DNA of 64,000 nucleotides, taken from IMG/VR virus record IMGVR_UViG_2531839524_000004; one strand, written 5' to 3'. Under the pieces are notes generated by a model that worked only from the letters and a program-made list of their open reading frames with translations, ran no database searches and was not told the DNA's origin. The stretch is from a virus. Lineage: Duplodnaviria > Heunggongvirae > Uroviricota > Caudoviricetes. Shown one piece after another: positions 9,737 to 18,909 of the stretch. Position 1 is the first letter of the stretch. Each line of letters opens with the position of its first letter. A program made the position numbers and the translations under genes.

Positions 9737-12700
9737 ATGTGGTACAGGGAAGGTACTATCACATTTACACAGGGTAGCAATACTCTGGTTGGGGCAGGGA
9801 CAGCCTGGAACGTAACAGCTAATGGGGTGTTGCCTGGGATGATCGTCATTGGCCCCGACAACAAGCTGTATGAGATCAAGCGCGTAACCAGTGATACGAA
9901 CATTGTTCTCTCAGAACCTTATACCGGCGAAACTCAGTCTGAAGTTCCGTGCCGAATCATTACGACCTATGAAGGCGACTTAACACAGTTTAGCGCGCGC
10001 TTTACTGCACTAATGTCGCGTATGTCGGCTGATTCCAAGTCCATGCGCAGTTGGTTGACTGCTCTGGATGAGGTGACAATCGAGCGTGAAGACGGTACAG
10101 AAGTGACCGTTAAGCCGCTAATGCAGATCGTCAACGAGCACAACGAAAACGTTGAGTGGTATAAAAATAACACTGACGCGATTGATGCTGCTGGCGACAA
10201 AGCTCGTGAGGCGGCGGCCAGTGCTGCCGCAGCAGCAGAAAGCGCCAATACCGCTGGAGAAAAAGCCTCTCAAGCGTCTCAAAGTGCATCCGCTGCGGCA
10301 TCCTCACAAAGTGCTGCAAGTGCGAGCGCAACTGCTGCGAAAAAATCTGAAACGAACGCACAAGCCGCAAAAGAAGCGGCAGCAGAATCAGCATCTTTAG
10401 CGTCGGCCAAAGCATCGGAGGCAGCAACATCTGCGTCCAGTGCCTCTGCATCTAAGGATGCAGCCAAAGCATCAGAGACTAACGCTTCATCGAGCGCAAA
10501 CGCGGCAGCATCATCGGCAACAGAAGCTGCAAATTCGTCTAAGGCAGCAAAAACGTCAGAGGCAAACGCAAAAGCATCTGAAACGGCAGCCGAACAGAGT
10601 GCATCGTCTGCAAACAGTTCGAAATCTGCGGCAGAAGCGTCAGCAAGCGCAGCCTCAGCAAGTGCGGATAGTGCTTCATCAAGTGCAACAGCGGCAGGAA
10701 AATCTGCGGATAGCGCATTGTCATCAGCGACAACAGCTACCACAAAAGCGACAGAGGCGACGAGTCAGGCTACAGCTGCTAAAAATTCAGCATCTGCAGC
10801 AAAAACCTCTGAAACAAATGCAAAGACTTCAGAAGACAATGCTGCTTCCTCTAAGGCGGCAGCTGCTGAATCTGCAAGTTCTGCGTCTGCATCAGCCTCC
10901 TCAGCATCCGCTTCAAAAGATGAGGCGACCAAGCAGGCATCAGAAGCGAAGGGCAGTGCTTCAACGGCATCCACGAAAGCAACAGAGGCGGCAGGCAGTG
11001 CGACGGCTGCATCTCAGAGCAAAACTGCTGCTGAATCCGCTGCGACCCGTGCGGAAGCTGCTGCTGATCGTGCTGAAGAGATTGCCGGTGCAGTTGCGAT
11101 GGAAGACGCAAGCCTTACAACTAAAGGTGTTGTGAAACTTAGCAGTGCTGTCGATAGCACCAGTGAATCGCTGGCCGCAACGCCAAAAGCAGTTAAAGCA
11201 GCCAATGACAATGCGAATAGCAGGGTGCCATCTAACCGAAAAATTAACGGAAAAGCACTGACTGCGGATATAACATTAACGCCGAAAGATATTGGTACTT
11301 TAAATTCAGTAACGATGTCTTTCTCTGGCGGGGCTGGGTGGTTCAAACTGGCTACGGTTACCATGCCACAAGCGAGTTCCATCGTTTACATCACATTGAT
11401 TGGTGGTGCTGGATATAATGTTAACTCCCCTATGCAGGCTGGTATATCTGAACTTGTTCTTCGTGCGGGAAATGGAAATCCAAAAGGTCTTACTGGTGCG
11501 TTATGGCGAAGGACATCGGTTGGATTTACTAATTTTGCATGGGTGAATACATCCGGCGATACATATGATATTTATGTTGAGATTGGCAATTATGCGACGA
11601 GTGTAAATGTCCACTGGGATTGTACTGCAAATGCGTCAGTTTCTATTTATACATCGCCAACATATTCAGCGAGTAAGCCTGCCAGCGTTACCGATGGTGT
11701 TGTTTATACGATGTATAGCTCACATCAGAAACCTACGCCATCAGATATTGGAGCACTGCCAACAACCGGAGGAACAGTTTCTGGTCCGTTGTCTGTTACA
11801 GGCGGATTAACTGGTTCATTGAATGGTAATGCAAGTACAGCAACGAAATTACAGACGACAAGAACTATCGGCGGCGGGAGCTTTGATGGTACTGCAAATA
11901 TTAATTTGCCAGGTGTTAATACGACTGGTAATCAGAATACAACAGGTAATGCGGCTACTGCTACGAAGTTGCAGACTGCGCGTACTATTAATGGGGTGTC
12001 GTTTGACGGTTCGGCAAATATTTCCTTGTCACCAGCAAATATAGGTTGCCCGGCATCTCCTACTGGTTGGTTAACTACAGGAAGTAATGGCGGAGCAATA
12101 ACAACAGCCCAGTTAGTGACGTTATTGCAAAATAATGGAGCCTTTAACACAAAGGCATGGATTGCTCGATGTGCGTGGGCCTATGCCAATAGCGCAACCA
12201 TACCAAATAGTGAAACTGGTTGTGGCGTTATTCCATTGGCAGGAGCTGTTATAGAAGTATTTAATAACGGTAGTAGTTCAAATAATTATACGATCCGCAT
12301 AACAACGGCCACAACGACAAGTGTTTCCGGTGCTCTCACTAATGCGGAGTTTATCTATGTATTTAATGGCACAGATTATTCTCCAGGATGGCGAAGAGTA
12401 TATAACACGAAAAACAAACCAACTGCATCTGACGTTGGTGCATTACCTCTTACCGGTGGTACATTATCTGGAGGTTTGACATCTTCTGGTGAGATCGTTT
12501 CAAAATATGCAAATGGTTTCCGCATTGCTTACGGTAGCTTTGGGTTCTTTATCCGTAATGACGGCGGCAGCACATATTTCATGCTAACAGCATCAGGAGA
12601 TACGTTAGGTTCATGGAACGGCTTGCGACCGATTACAATTAATAATACTAGCGGGGTTGTGTCTATTGGTAATGGACTAAATGTTACTGGTGGCGTAAAT

Positions 12701-13645
12701 GGTAGTTTGAACGGTAATGCTTCAACAGCTACGAAGTTGCAAACAGCGAGAAACATCAATGGTGTTAAGTTTGATGGCTCAGGCGATATCAACATTAATA
12801 CATTGGTATCTCGTGGCCGAGTTACGGCGTTAAGCGGCTCTACTCAAGGCACTGCTGGCATTCAAATGTACGAGGCGTACAACAATAGCTATCCGACCAC
12901 GTATGGCAACGTATTGCACATGAAAGGTGCGAGTGCTGCTGGCGAGGGTGAGTTGCTTATTGGCTGGAGTGGTACGAGCGGTGCACATGCGCCGGTTTTC
13001 ATTCGCTCCCGAAGAGATACCACTGATGCAGCATGGTCAGCGTGGGCACAGGTATATACCGCTAAGGATTCAATCCCTGGTGTGAATACAACCGGTAATC
13101 AGAACACTACTGGTAATGCTGCCACCGCCACAAAATTGCAGACAGCAAGGAAAATTGCTGGTGTGGCGTTTGATGGCTCTGCCGATATTACTTTGACTGC
13201 GGCTAACCTTAATGCCTATACGAAAACAGAGGTAACAAACCTTCTAAGTTCCTATGTGAAGAGCAGTTCTCTTCCAAGCATGACTGTGCGAACTTCCTCT
13301 GTTTCAGGTGGGGATATGGGCATGAGTTTGTCCGCATTCATTAGCCACCTTAAATCAAATGGGGCGTTTAGCAAAAGTTATTGGATTGGCTTTGGCGATG
13401 CTATGGGATTCAATGCTGGCAGTATCAACAATATAACGGGATTTGGTGCTGTAGAATTAGCAGAATCCATAATCGAAGTTTTTAATCTACCTAATGGTGA
13501 TTATACAATTCGTTTAACGACGTCACACAAAGCTGACTACGGTGGGATTACAAACGCAATCCTCGTTTATCACTACCGCAGTAATAGAAACCCGGCAGGT
13601 CAATGGCTTAAATTTGCCGGTACTCTTGGGGCTACAAACAACTGA
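9737..13645 (+). CDS. Tail fibre protein
   Basis: 1302 aa; Ala/Ser-rich low-complexity segment, then four copies of 'GNA(S/A)TATKLQT(A/T)R.I.G..FDGS' and two copies of 'GVNTTGNQNTTGNA', motifs typical of phage fibre repeats; more AT-rich distal part. Confidence 0.75.
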   Translation: MWYREGTITFTQGSNTLVGAGTAWNVTANGVLPGMIVIGPDNKLYEIKRVTSDTNIVLSEPYTGETQSEVPCRIITTYEGDLTQFSARFTALMSRMSADSKSMRSWLTALDEVTIEREDGTEVTVKPLMQIVNEHNENVEWYKNNTDAIDAAGDKAREAAASAAAAAESANTAGEKASQASQSASAAASSQSAASASATAAKKSETNAQAAKEAAAESASLASAKASEAATSASSASASKDAAKASETNASSSANAAASSATEAANSSKAAKTSEANAKASETAAEQSASSANSSKSAAEASASAASASADSASSSATAAGKSADSALSSATTATTKATEATSQATAAKNSASAAKTSETNAKTSEDNAASSKAAAAESASSASASASSASASKDEATKQASEAKGSASTASTKATEAAGSATAASQSKTAAESAATRAEAAADRAEEIAGAVAMEDASLTTKGVVKLSSAVDSTSESLAATPKAVKAANDNANSRVPSNRKINGKALTADITLTPKDIGTLNSVTMSFSGGAGWFKLATVTMPQASSIVYITLIGGAGYNVNSPMQAGISELVLRAGNGNPKGLTGALWRRTSVGFTNFAWVNTSGDTYDIYVEIGNYATSVNVHWDCTANASVSIYTSPTYSASKPASVTDGVVYTMYSSHQKPTPSDIGALPTTGGTVSGPLSVTGGLTGSLNGNASTATKLQTTRTIGGGSFDGTANINLPGVNTTGNQNTTGNAATATKLQTARTINGVSFDGSANISLSPANIGCPASPTGWLTTGSNGGAITTAQLVTLLQNNGAFNTKAWIARCAWAYANSATIPNSETGCGVIPLAGAVIEVFNNGSSSNNYTIRITTATTTSVSGALTNAEFIYVFNGTDYSPGWRRVYNTKNKPTASDVGALPLTGGTLSGGLTSSGEIVSKYANGFRIAYGSFGFFIRNDGGSTYFMLTASGDTLGSWNGLRPITINNTSGVVSIGNGLNVTGGVNGSLNGNASTATKLQTARNINGVKFDGSGDININTLVSRGRVTALSGSTQGTAGIQMYEAYNNSYPTTYGNVLHMKGASAAGEGELLIGWSGTSGAHAPVFIRSRRDTTDAAWSAWAQVYTAKDSIPGVNTTGNQNTTGNAATATKLQTARKIAGVAFDGSADITLTAANLNAYTKTEVTNLLSSYVKSSSLPSMTVRTSSVSGGDMGMSLSAFISHLKSNGAFSKSYWIGFGDAMGFNAGSINNITGFGAVELAESIIEVFNLPNGDYTIRLTTSHKADYGGITNAILVYHYRSNRNPAGQWLKFAGTLGATNN

Positions 13646-13848
13646 TTTAGGGATTATTTATATGGCTGTGTGGTTTAAAAATGCGATTTCACAGCCGCAA
13701 TCATAGGGATATATTAGTGAGTTACTAGATGCGAATATGAACAACCGTTAAACGGTATATGTATAGGTAGGTAAGTATATACCTACAATTAAAAGGAGAA
13801 GTGTGATATAAATCCGCCATCCCGATTTGACTTTTCACGGAGGAAAAC

Positions 13849-14172
13849 ATGTCGAACGAGATGGCGGGCGTTACAACAGAGCAAGTTGAGCGTATTGCCG
13901 CGATCGTTGCTCGGGAGGTTGTTGGCAAATTAGGCAAAGAGCTACGTGAAGAAATTGGCCAGGAGGTCAATGATCAGCTGAAAACCTACTTTGGTGATAT
14001 GACCCCGGCGCAACATAGTATTCAACACTCCAACCTGGACAAGCTCCTTAACCGGTTAGATTCCATCTCCAGTGGGTTCTTTGGCGGCATTGTTTCTAAA
14101 ATAACGTCGTTCATTATTACTGCACTGCTTTTGGGGTTAGCCGCGTATGGCGTAAAAAATGGACTGCAATAA
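13849..14172 (+). CDS. Holin-like small membrane protein (putative)
   Basis: 107 aa with a single C-terminal TM segment 'ITSFIITALLLGLAAYGV'; immediately precedes the putative endolysin with overlapping ends. Topology is atypical for a holin. Confidence 0.35.
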   Translation: MSNEMAGVTTEQVERIAAIVAREVVGKLGKELREEIGQEVNDQLKTYFGDMTPAQHSIQHSNLDKLLNRLDSISSGFFGGIVSKITSFIITALLLGLAAYGVKNGLQ

Positions 14173-14185
14173 CAGGAGATCAAGG

Positions 14186-14878
14186 ATGAAGACTCCGAGA
14201 GGCATTCGTAATAATAACCCCGGTAATCTTGATAAAGGATCACCGTGGCAAGGTCTGGTTGCGAATCCAGATGAACCGCGCTTTTGCACGTTTAAAGACC
14301 CTGTTTGGGGGATTCGTGCGTTGGCGGTGACTCTAATTACCTACCACGACAAACGTCGCGCAAAAGACGGCTCAAGTATCGATACCATTCGTGAAGTTAT
14401 TGAACGTTGGGCACCGCCGAATGAAAACAACACTGACGCCTACATTAATGAGGTGTCTAAAGCCGTTGGTGTAACCGCAGACATGATCATCGATCTGCAT
14501 GATTACGACATTCTTCGACCTTTGGTTGAGGCAATCATTCGCCATGAGAATGGGCGAGGTCCGCTAAAAACGCTGAACACCTGGTATGCGGCAGAAGTTA
14601 TTGAGGAAGGTCTGCGTCGAGCTGGCGTCGTTAAGCCGGTGAAAACCGTGAAGGCTGTTCCTGTAACTAAAGAAACAGCAGGCGCAACTGTCACAGCAGG
14701 TATTGGTCTGGCGCAGCTGGCCGATGTTATGCCGCAGGTTTCCGCTGCTATGGATAAAGCACAAGGTCATATCTCTAGCGGGGATACAGTACGCATCATC
14801 TTCGGTATTGCCACTATTGTTGTGGCTGGATTTATCGCCTGGTCGCAGGTAAGAAGACACCAGAAAGGGATGGTCTAA
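14186..14878 (+). CDS. Putative endolysin / peptidoglycan hydrolase with C-terminal membrane segment
   Basis: 'GIRNNNPGNL' N-terminal motif, which I associate with phage cell-wall hydrolases; located between holin-like and spanin genes; ATG at 14186 is preceded by AGGAG. Confidence 0.5.
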   Translation: MKTPRGIRNNNPGNLDKGSPWQGLVANPDEPRFCTFKDPVWGIRALAVTLITYHDKRRAKDGSSIDTIREVIERWAPPNENNTDAYINEVSKAVGVTADMIIDLHDYDILRPLVEAIIRHENGRGPLKTLNTWYAAEVIEEGLRRAGVVKPVKTVKAVPVTKETAGATVTAGIGLAQLADVMPQVSAAMDKAQGHISSGDTVRIIFGIATIVVAGFIAWSQVRRHQKGMV

Positions 14879-14879
14879 T

Positions 14880-15131
14880 ATGCTAGGCAGCCTGATGACA
14901 AAGCTCAAAGTTGCTTTGATTACGCTGGCTGCCGTTCTTTTCGTTCTGGTCGGCGCTTACACGATGGGCGGAAATGCGGCGCGACGAGCAATGGAAGAGA
15001 AGGCAAAACAGGAAGACAGGAAACGACTTCAAAGCACAGTGGACGTCAAAAATGAAACACTTGATGAGTTACGGCGCAAGGATGCTTCTACTGTTCATCA
15101 TGAGTTGCACAATAAGTGGTTGCGTGATTAA
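14880..15131 (+). CDS. i-spanin (Rz-like)
   Basis: 83 aa with N-terminal TM 'LKVALITLAAVLFVLVGAYTMG' then charged coiled-coil-like region; directly after the endolysin. Confidence 0.5.
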   Translation: MLGSLMTKLKVALITLAAVLFVLVGAYTMGGNAARRAMEEKAKQEDRKRLQSTVDVKNETLDELRRKDASTVHHELHNKWLRD

Positions 15132-15282
15132 GCCTCAATCCTCTGGTGTGCTTTTCTGCGATGCGGCTACACCGCTATACATCAGCCGTGATGATCTCAT
15201 GACCGAAGAGACTGAAAGGGAAGTACTTTTTCACAATATGATAGGGGAGCGATTGTGTGGATGGGGCAGAAAAGTGCCATAA
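15052..15282 (+). CDS. o-spanin lipoprotein (Rz1-like), out-of-frame overlap with the i-spanin gene
   Basis: 'MKHLMSYGARMLLLFIMSCTISGCV' has a signal peptide and lipobox-like 'ISGC'; start lies inside the i-spanin gene in another frame, the classic Rz/Rz1 arrangement. Confidence 0.5.
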   Translation: MKHLMSYGARMLLLFIMSCTISGCVIKPQSSGVLFCDAATPLYISRDDLMTEETEREVLFHNMIGERLCGWGRKVP

Positions 15283-15456
15283 TAAAAGCGGAATTTTCTA
15301 ACATAAAATTTGCATATTATTAGAGCACAAGGTAGATTTGAAGCATGGATGTCAAGTAAATCATACCTTGTTTTAATAAATCGACGCATACTCGTAGCCT
15401 CTAAACCGACAAGGTCGCCGCTATGACATAAAGTTATTACCGGCTAAGGTGGAAAC

Positions 15457-15855
15457 ATGCATACTGCACTTAACGCATCTCGTTCTATTCAGACGATAAG
15501 AGACTGTACCAAGATGATCGCATCGGTTCCGTTGCGACATTGGAATGACTCGCTCCAAATTCGTGAAATGAACAAACCGGGTATGCTTAAGGATCAGCGT
15601 TTCATCGTTAACCTTAAAAGTGACGTTGAAGAAGGCAAGTTTACCATCAAATTGTTTGCAGAAATGATGGTGCTCAACAATCGGTTACGTTTTCTTGTTA
15701 AGCCAGAAAAACAGTTTCCCGATGTTGTGCGTTGTGAACAGGATGCTTTCTATGAGATTGAAAGCAAAATAGCTAAATTTATCAAAGATAAATACCGCGT
15801 AGATGTTAAAATAGCGAAACTGGATTCATCTACGGATATGCGGCTTGCTAACTAA
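15457..15855 (+). CDS. Hypothetical protein (first gene of a two-gene cargo operon)
   Basis: 132-aa ORF with its own upstream intergenic region; no motif recognised. Confidence 0.5.
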   Translation: MHTALNASRSIQTIRDCTKMIASVPLRHWNDSLQIREMNKPGMLKDQRFIVNLKSDVEEGKFTIKLFAEMMVLNNRLRFLVKPEKQFPDVVRCEQDAFYEIESKIAKFIKDKYRVDVKIAKLDSSTDMRLAN

Positions 15856-16632
15856 ATGTCACCATCATTCATAGCAGAGTATTCAAAAGTACTGTCTGGT
15901 TTCCCTGAATGTGAAGCAAGAGAGAAAATCAGAGTTGGCTACATGGTTAACTCTGATTTTTCTGTTTTACGGCTCACAGAGTGGTCCTTGATCGGGTCTA
16001 ATTATGATTACTGTTTGACAGTGTCATTTGTAGGCGACCCTGATGCAGATTGGCTTCAAGAACATGCAATGGATCTTGACGAGCAGGGGTATTCAGAAGC
16101 AGAGATAGTTCATAGTGTTCGTGAATTAGTTGGTGATGAGCAAGAAGATGATGACGGCATTCAGATCGCCAGGTTCGTCTACAAACGATTCCAGTTTCGC
16201 TCACAAAAAGGCTCTCATCTTGGGGTCCAGATTAAAGGGGCATTTGTAACCCCTTCAAAGGAACAAAAGGGACTTGCTAGAAGAGTTTACAATTTCCTTC
16301 TCAATTGGCATGACCATGTGGTATGTGATGACCATCAGACGGTTTACGGTGCCAGAATTTGGGCGGTCGGTATGCTTCTGGTCGGGCGTGTCCAAATCTA
16401 TGACAATTTAAACAAAGAATTTATAGATGTCCTTGTTGAAGGTGGTATTGGGCAGAATGGCGTCAAACCGTGGGACGCGCTGCTATTGAGCAGCGAGGCC
16501 CAGTTACGTCACTGGAACCCTATGGCCGTCAGCATAGACCCATCTAGTCAGATTCTCGCCATCATCTCCAAAGAAGACCGTCACATTGAAGTGGGCGTTA
16601 CAACTTTTGACGCCAGGTCTACCAACCATTAA
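15856..16632 (+). CDS. Hypothetical protein (second gene of the cargo operon)
   Basis: 258-aa ORF abutting the previous gene; followed by a rho-independent terminator; acidic stretch 'GDEQEDDDG'. Confidence 0.5.
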   Translation: MSPSFIAEYSKVLSGFPECEAREKIRVGYMVNSDFSVLRLTEWSLIGSNYDYCLTVSFVGDPDADWLQEHAMDLDEQGYSEAEIVHSVRELVGDEQEDDDGIQIARFVYKRFQFRSQKGSHLGVQIKGAFVTPSKEQKGLARRVYNFLLNWHDHVVCDDHQTVYGARIWAVGMLLVGRVQIYDNLNKEFIDVLVEGGIGQNGVKPWDALLLSSEAQLRHWNPMAVSIDPSSQILAIISKEDRHIEVGVTTFDARSTNH

Positions 16633-16640
16633 TTCCTAAA

Positions 16641-16661
16641 CCCGCTTCGGCGGGTTTTTGA
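16641..16661 (+). terminator. Rho-independent terminator
   Basis: 'CCCGCTTCGGCGGG' hairpin followed by TTTTT. Confidence 0.65.
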
Positions 16662-16787
16662 TGTTTCAGTTTCTTTATCAACCTACTAATTAACCTTTAC
16701 ACCGCAGCCGTAGGCATTTAGGCTATATCACATATAAGAAAACAAGTTGTTTCAGACGATAATTATATACGCAAAGGGAACTCTCCA

Positions 16788-17456
16788 ATGACCAAGATCT
16801 TTGTGGTTGGCGGCACAAAGGGCGGGCCTGGCAAATCCACCGTTGCCCAGCAAATTGCCGTTTGCCTGAAAGTCAAAAAGAAGAAGAAGGTTTATATCAC
16901 TGATATAGATATTCAGCGCACGACAACAAGCTGGTGTGAAGACCGTCGACAGAACGAAGACCTTGAGCTGATTCCTTTTGCATACGTTCAGGATGACATC
17001 ATTAAGCACCTAAAATCGCTTCAGGGTAGAGCTGAGTTTGTAGTGGTAGATGCTGGTGGCTTTGACTCCGAAATTCAGCGACAAGCGATGCTGATGGCCG
17101 ACGTTATCATTATCCCGCTGCGTCCTAAGCGTCGTGATTTGAAATCTTTACGTGACATCGATCCTATTATCGACAATGTTCGTAATGTAAACGATAAAGT
17201 GAAGGTCCGCGCGGTCATGAACCAGTGCCCGGCTTTGCCATCACAAGTGTCTCGCATTTTGGCGGCTAAAGAGATTGTCGAGACGTTTGGCATCGAGTCT
17301 GCGCCAGTCAATTTATATAACCGCAACGTCTATGATGATGCGGAAGAGTCTGGTCGTTCTATCTTTGAAATGACCGGTAGCGAGCGCGACAAAAAGGCGG
17401 AAGCCGAGTTTGAAGAATTTGTAGATTATCTGTTGAGTCTGGAGGAAGAAGAATAA
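16788..17456 (+). CDS. parA: ParA-family partition ATPase
   Basis: Deviant Walker A 'GGTKGGPGKST' near the N-terminus; 222 aa; followed by a small DNA-binding partner gene. Confidence 0.8.
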   Translation: MTKIFVVGGTKGGPGKSTVAQQIAVCLKVKKKKKVYITDIDIQRTTTSWCEDRRQNEDLELIPFAYVQDDIIKHLKSLQGRAEFVVVDAGGFDSEIQRQAMLMADVIIIPLRPKRRDLKSLRDIDPIIDNVRNVNDKVKVRAVMNQCPALPSQVSRILAAKEIVETFGIESAPVNLYNRNVYDDAEESGRSIFEMTGSERDKKAEAEFEEFVDYLLSLEEEE

Positions 17457-17815
17457 TGTCCATGAAAATGGGTGACCTAGCAAAGCGCAAAGAGCCTGAT
17501 GCACCGGCTAAGAACACAACTCCTTTGCGCCAACCAGTCAGACCACAGGGACGCCCGACTCGTGGCAAAGAGAAAATTAAAAGCCGCACAATGTCACTGG
17601 AGGACGAATACTTCGAACTGCTGGAGATGATGAAGTTCATCCCTCGCTTCGAGAAGTTCACTCGTTCTGACGTGATTCGAGCAGCCATTTTCCATCTGGC
17701 AGAGAAGTCACCGCAGGAAATCGAGGACATCGTGAAATTGAATGAGGCGATCACCGCTGCCGATGTCACGATGCGTACCGATGAAATCAAACGAGAGTTG
17801 ATGAAGAAAGGTTAA
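17456..17815 (+). CDS. Partition DNA-binding protein (ParG/ParB-like, putative)
   Basis: 119 aa with a basic, Pro-rich N-terminal tail and a compact C-terminal domain; start overlaps the parA stop. Confidence 0.5.
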   Translation: MSMKMGDLAKRKEPDAPAKNTTPLRQPVRPQGRPTRGKEKIKSRTMSLEDEYFELLEMMKFIPRFEKFTRSDVIRAAIFHLAEKSPQEIEDIVKLNEAITAADVTMRTDEIKRELMKKG

Positions 17816-17820
17816 AAATC

Positions 17821-17851
17821 ATGCATTGGCGCGTACATTGCGCCAATGCAT
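17821..17851. other. Perfect 12-bp inverted repeat with 7-bp spacer (candidate centromere-like site or bidirectional terminator)
   Basis: 'ATGCATTGGCGC-GTACATT-GCGCCAATGCAT' between the convergent partition gene and the GIY-YIG gene. Confidence 0.4.
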
Positions 17852-17867
17852 AACTACAGTGTCAGCT

Positions 17868-18635
17868 TTATGCCGCGCTAACACTATGTTCAGTCCTAAC
17901 CACCCCAACCTTCACAAAAGGGCTACCGTAGCTTGGTGGCTTCTTGATTAATTTGCCTACATACAGTTTTCTAATATGCTCATCGGCTATTCTGCCAACA
18001 AATTCATAACGTTTTGTGTCGGGGCCAAGAGCTATATCCCTTGTAAAGTACTGCTGAGAACCGGCTTTGACCCAGCATTCAATCTGATAAACTTCCATTA
18101 TCAGCCCACCATATGTAGCGTAGGCATATTTGAGATTCTCGTCTCTTGGAACCTTTGCCCATACGCCACGCGTAGCTTCATATAATGCCAGAGCGGACAT
18201 TCCTGACTTGTAGGTGCTGTTTAGCAGGAAGGCAAGACCGGCGTGCTCAGGAGCAATTTCAGTTTCCTCTTGCAGCACTAAGTGATGGTAGGCGTCCAGT
18301 GATATTCTGCCCATCATGGAACCACTTCCTCGTACCTTATTCGTAAGCTCTCCGACCCCCATAAGGTCGATGCATGTCGCCTCAACAAGTTTGGCTGTGG
18401 TTTCATCCATACCATGACGAAGTATATCTATGCCTAATTTTTTATTAGCCAAAAGTTCTTTGATCCGCATGGATTTGGGAGAGTCATCGGGATACTTGAT
18501 GTGATCGAGACAACGAGTCGATTTGCCTTTTCCTATGTAAAACGGTCTTTTCATCTTGTCTTCTGTATCATAGAGACAGTAAACATAGTATTTAGCCTTA
18601 TCCAATGATCTCGCGTATACCGATAAATCGTCCAT
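17868..18635 (-). CDS. GIY-YIG nuclease-domain protein
   Basis: N-terminal 'YYVYCLYD...RPFYIGKGKSTRCLDHIK' matches the GIY...YIG motif; about 200 aa of uncharacterised C-terminal sequence. Confidence 0.6.
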   Translation of the reverse strand: MDDLSVYARSLDKAKYYVYCLYDTEDKMKRPFYIGKGKSTRCLDHIKYPDDSPKSMRIKELLANKKLGIDILRHGMDETTAKLVEATCIDLMGVGELTNKVRGSGSMMGRISLDAYHHLVLQEETEIAPEHAGLAFLLNSTYKSGMSALALYEATRGVWAKVPRDENLKYAYATYGGLIMEVYQIECWVKAGSQQYFTRDIALGPDTKRYEFVGRIADEHIRKLYVGKLIKKPPSYGSPFVKVGVVRTEHSVSAA

Positions 18636-18909
18636 TATTGCATCTCTTTGCTACTGACTAATGCGTTCTATTTTACACATAAGTTTTTAATCAATTTAAC
18701 AGGCTCAAAGTGTAGAGCTTCTGGGCGTCTAAGACGACAAGTTAGCCTGCTTCTGTATATATAAATAATAAGTAACTTATTAAATATATATACGGAAGCA
18801 GGTCTTTTAAAAGACACCACCAGAACAACTCCCTTCCGTTTCCACTTCCAAAAACTGCCACCAGTCGCTATCATCCGCTCATTGTGATAAGTAAGTAACT
18901 ACCTACCAG

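Noticed and set aside
9967-11382. Multiple long ORFs on both strands overlapping the tail fibre gene (e.g. 10279-10743 minus, 10440-11135 plus)
   Set aside because: They lie in alternative frames of the Ala/Ser-rich GCN-repeat region, where open frames arise trivially; products are low-complexity Gln/Arg/Leu or Ala strings. Treated as artefacts.
17821-17851. Inverted repeat after the partition gene as a definite parS centromere
   Set aside because: Only a single copy is present and it sits between convergent genes where a terminator hairpin is equally likely; kept as a low-confidence feature rather than a claim.
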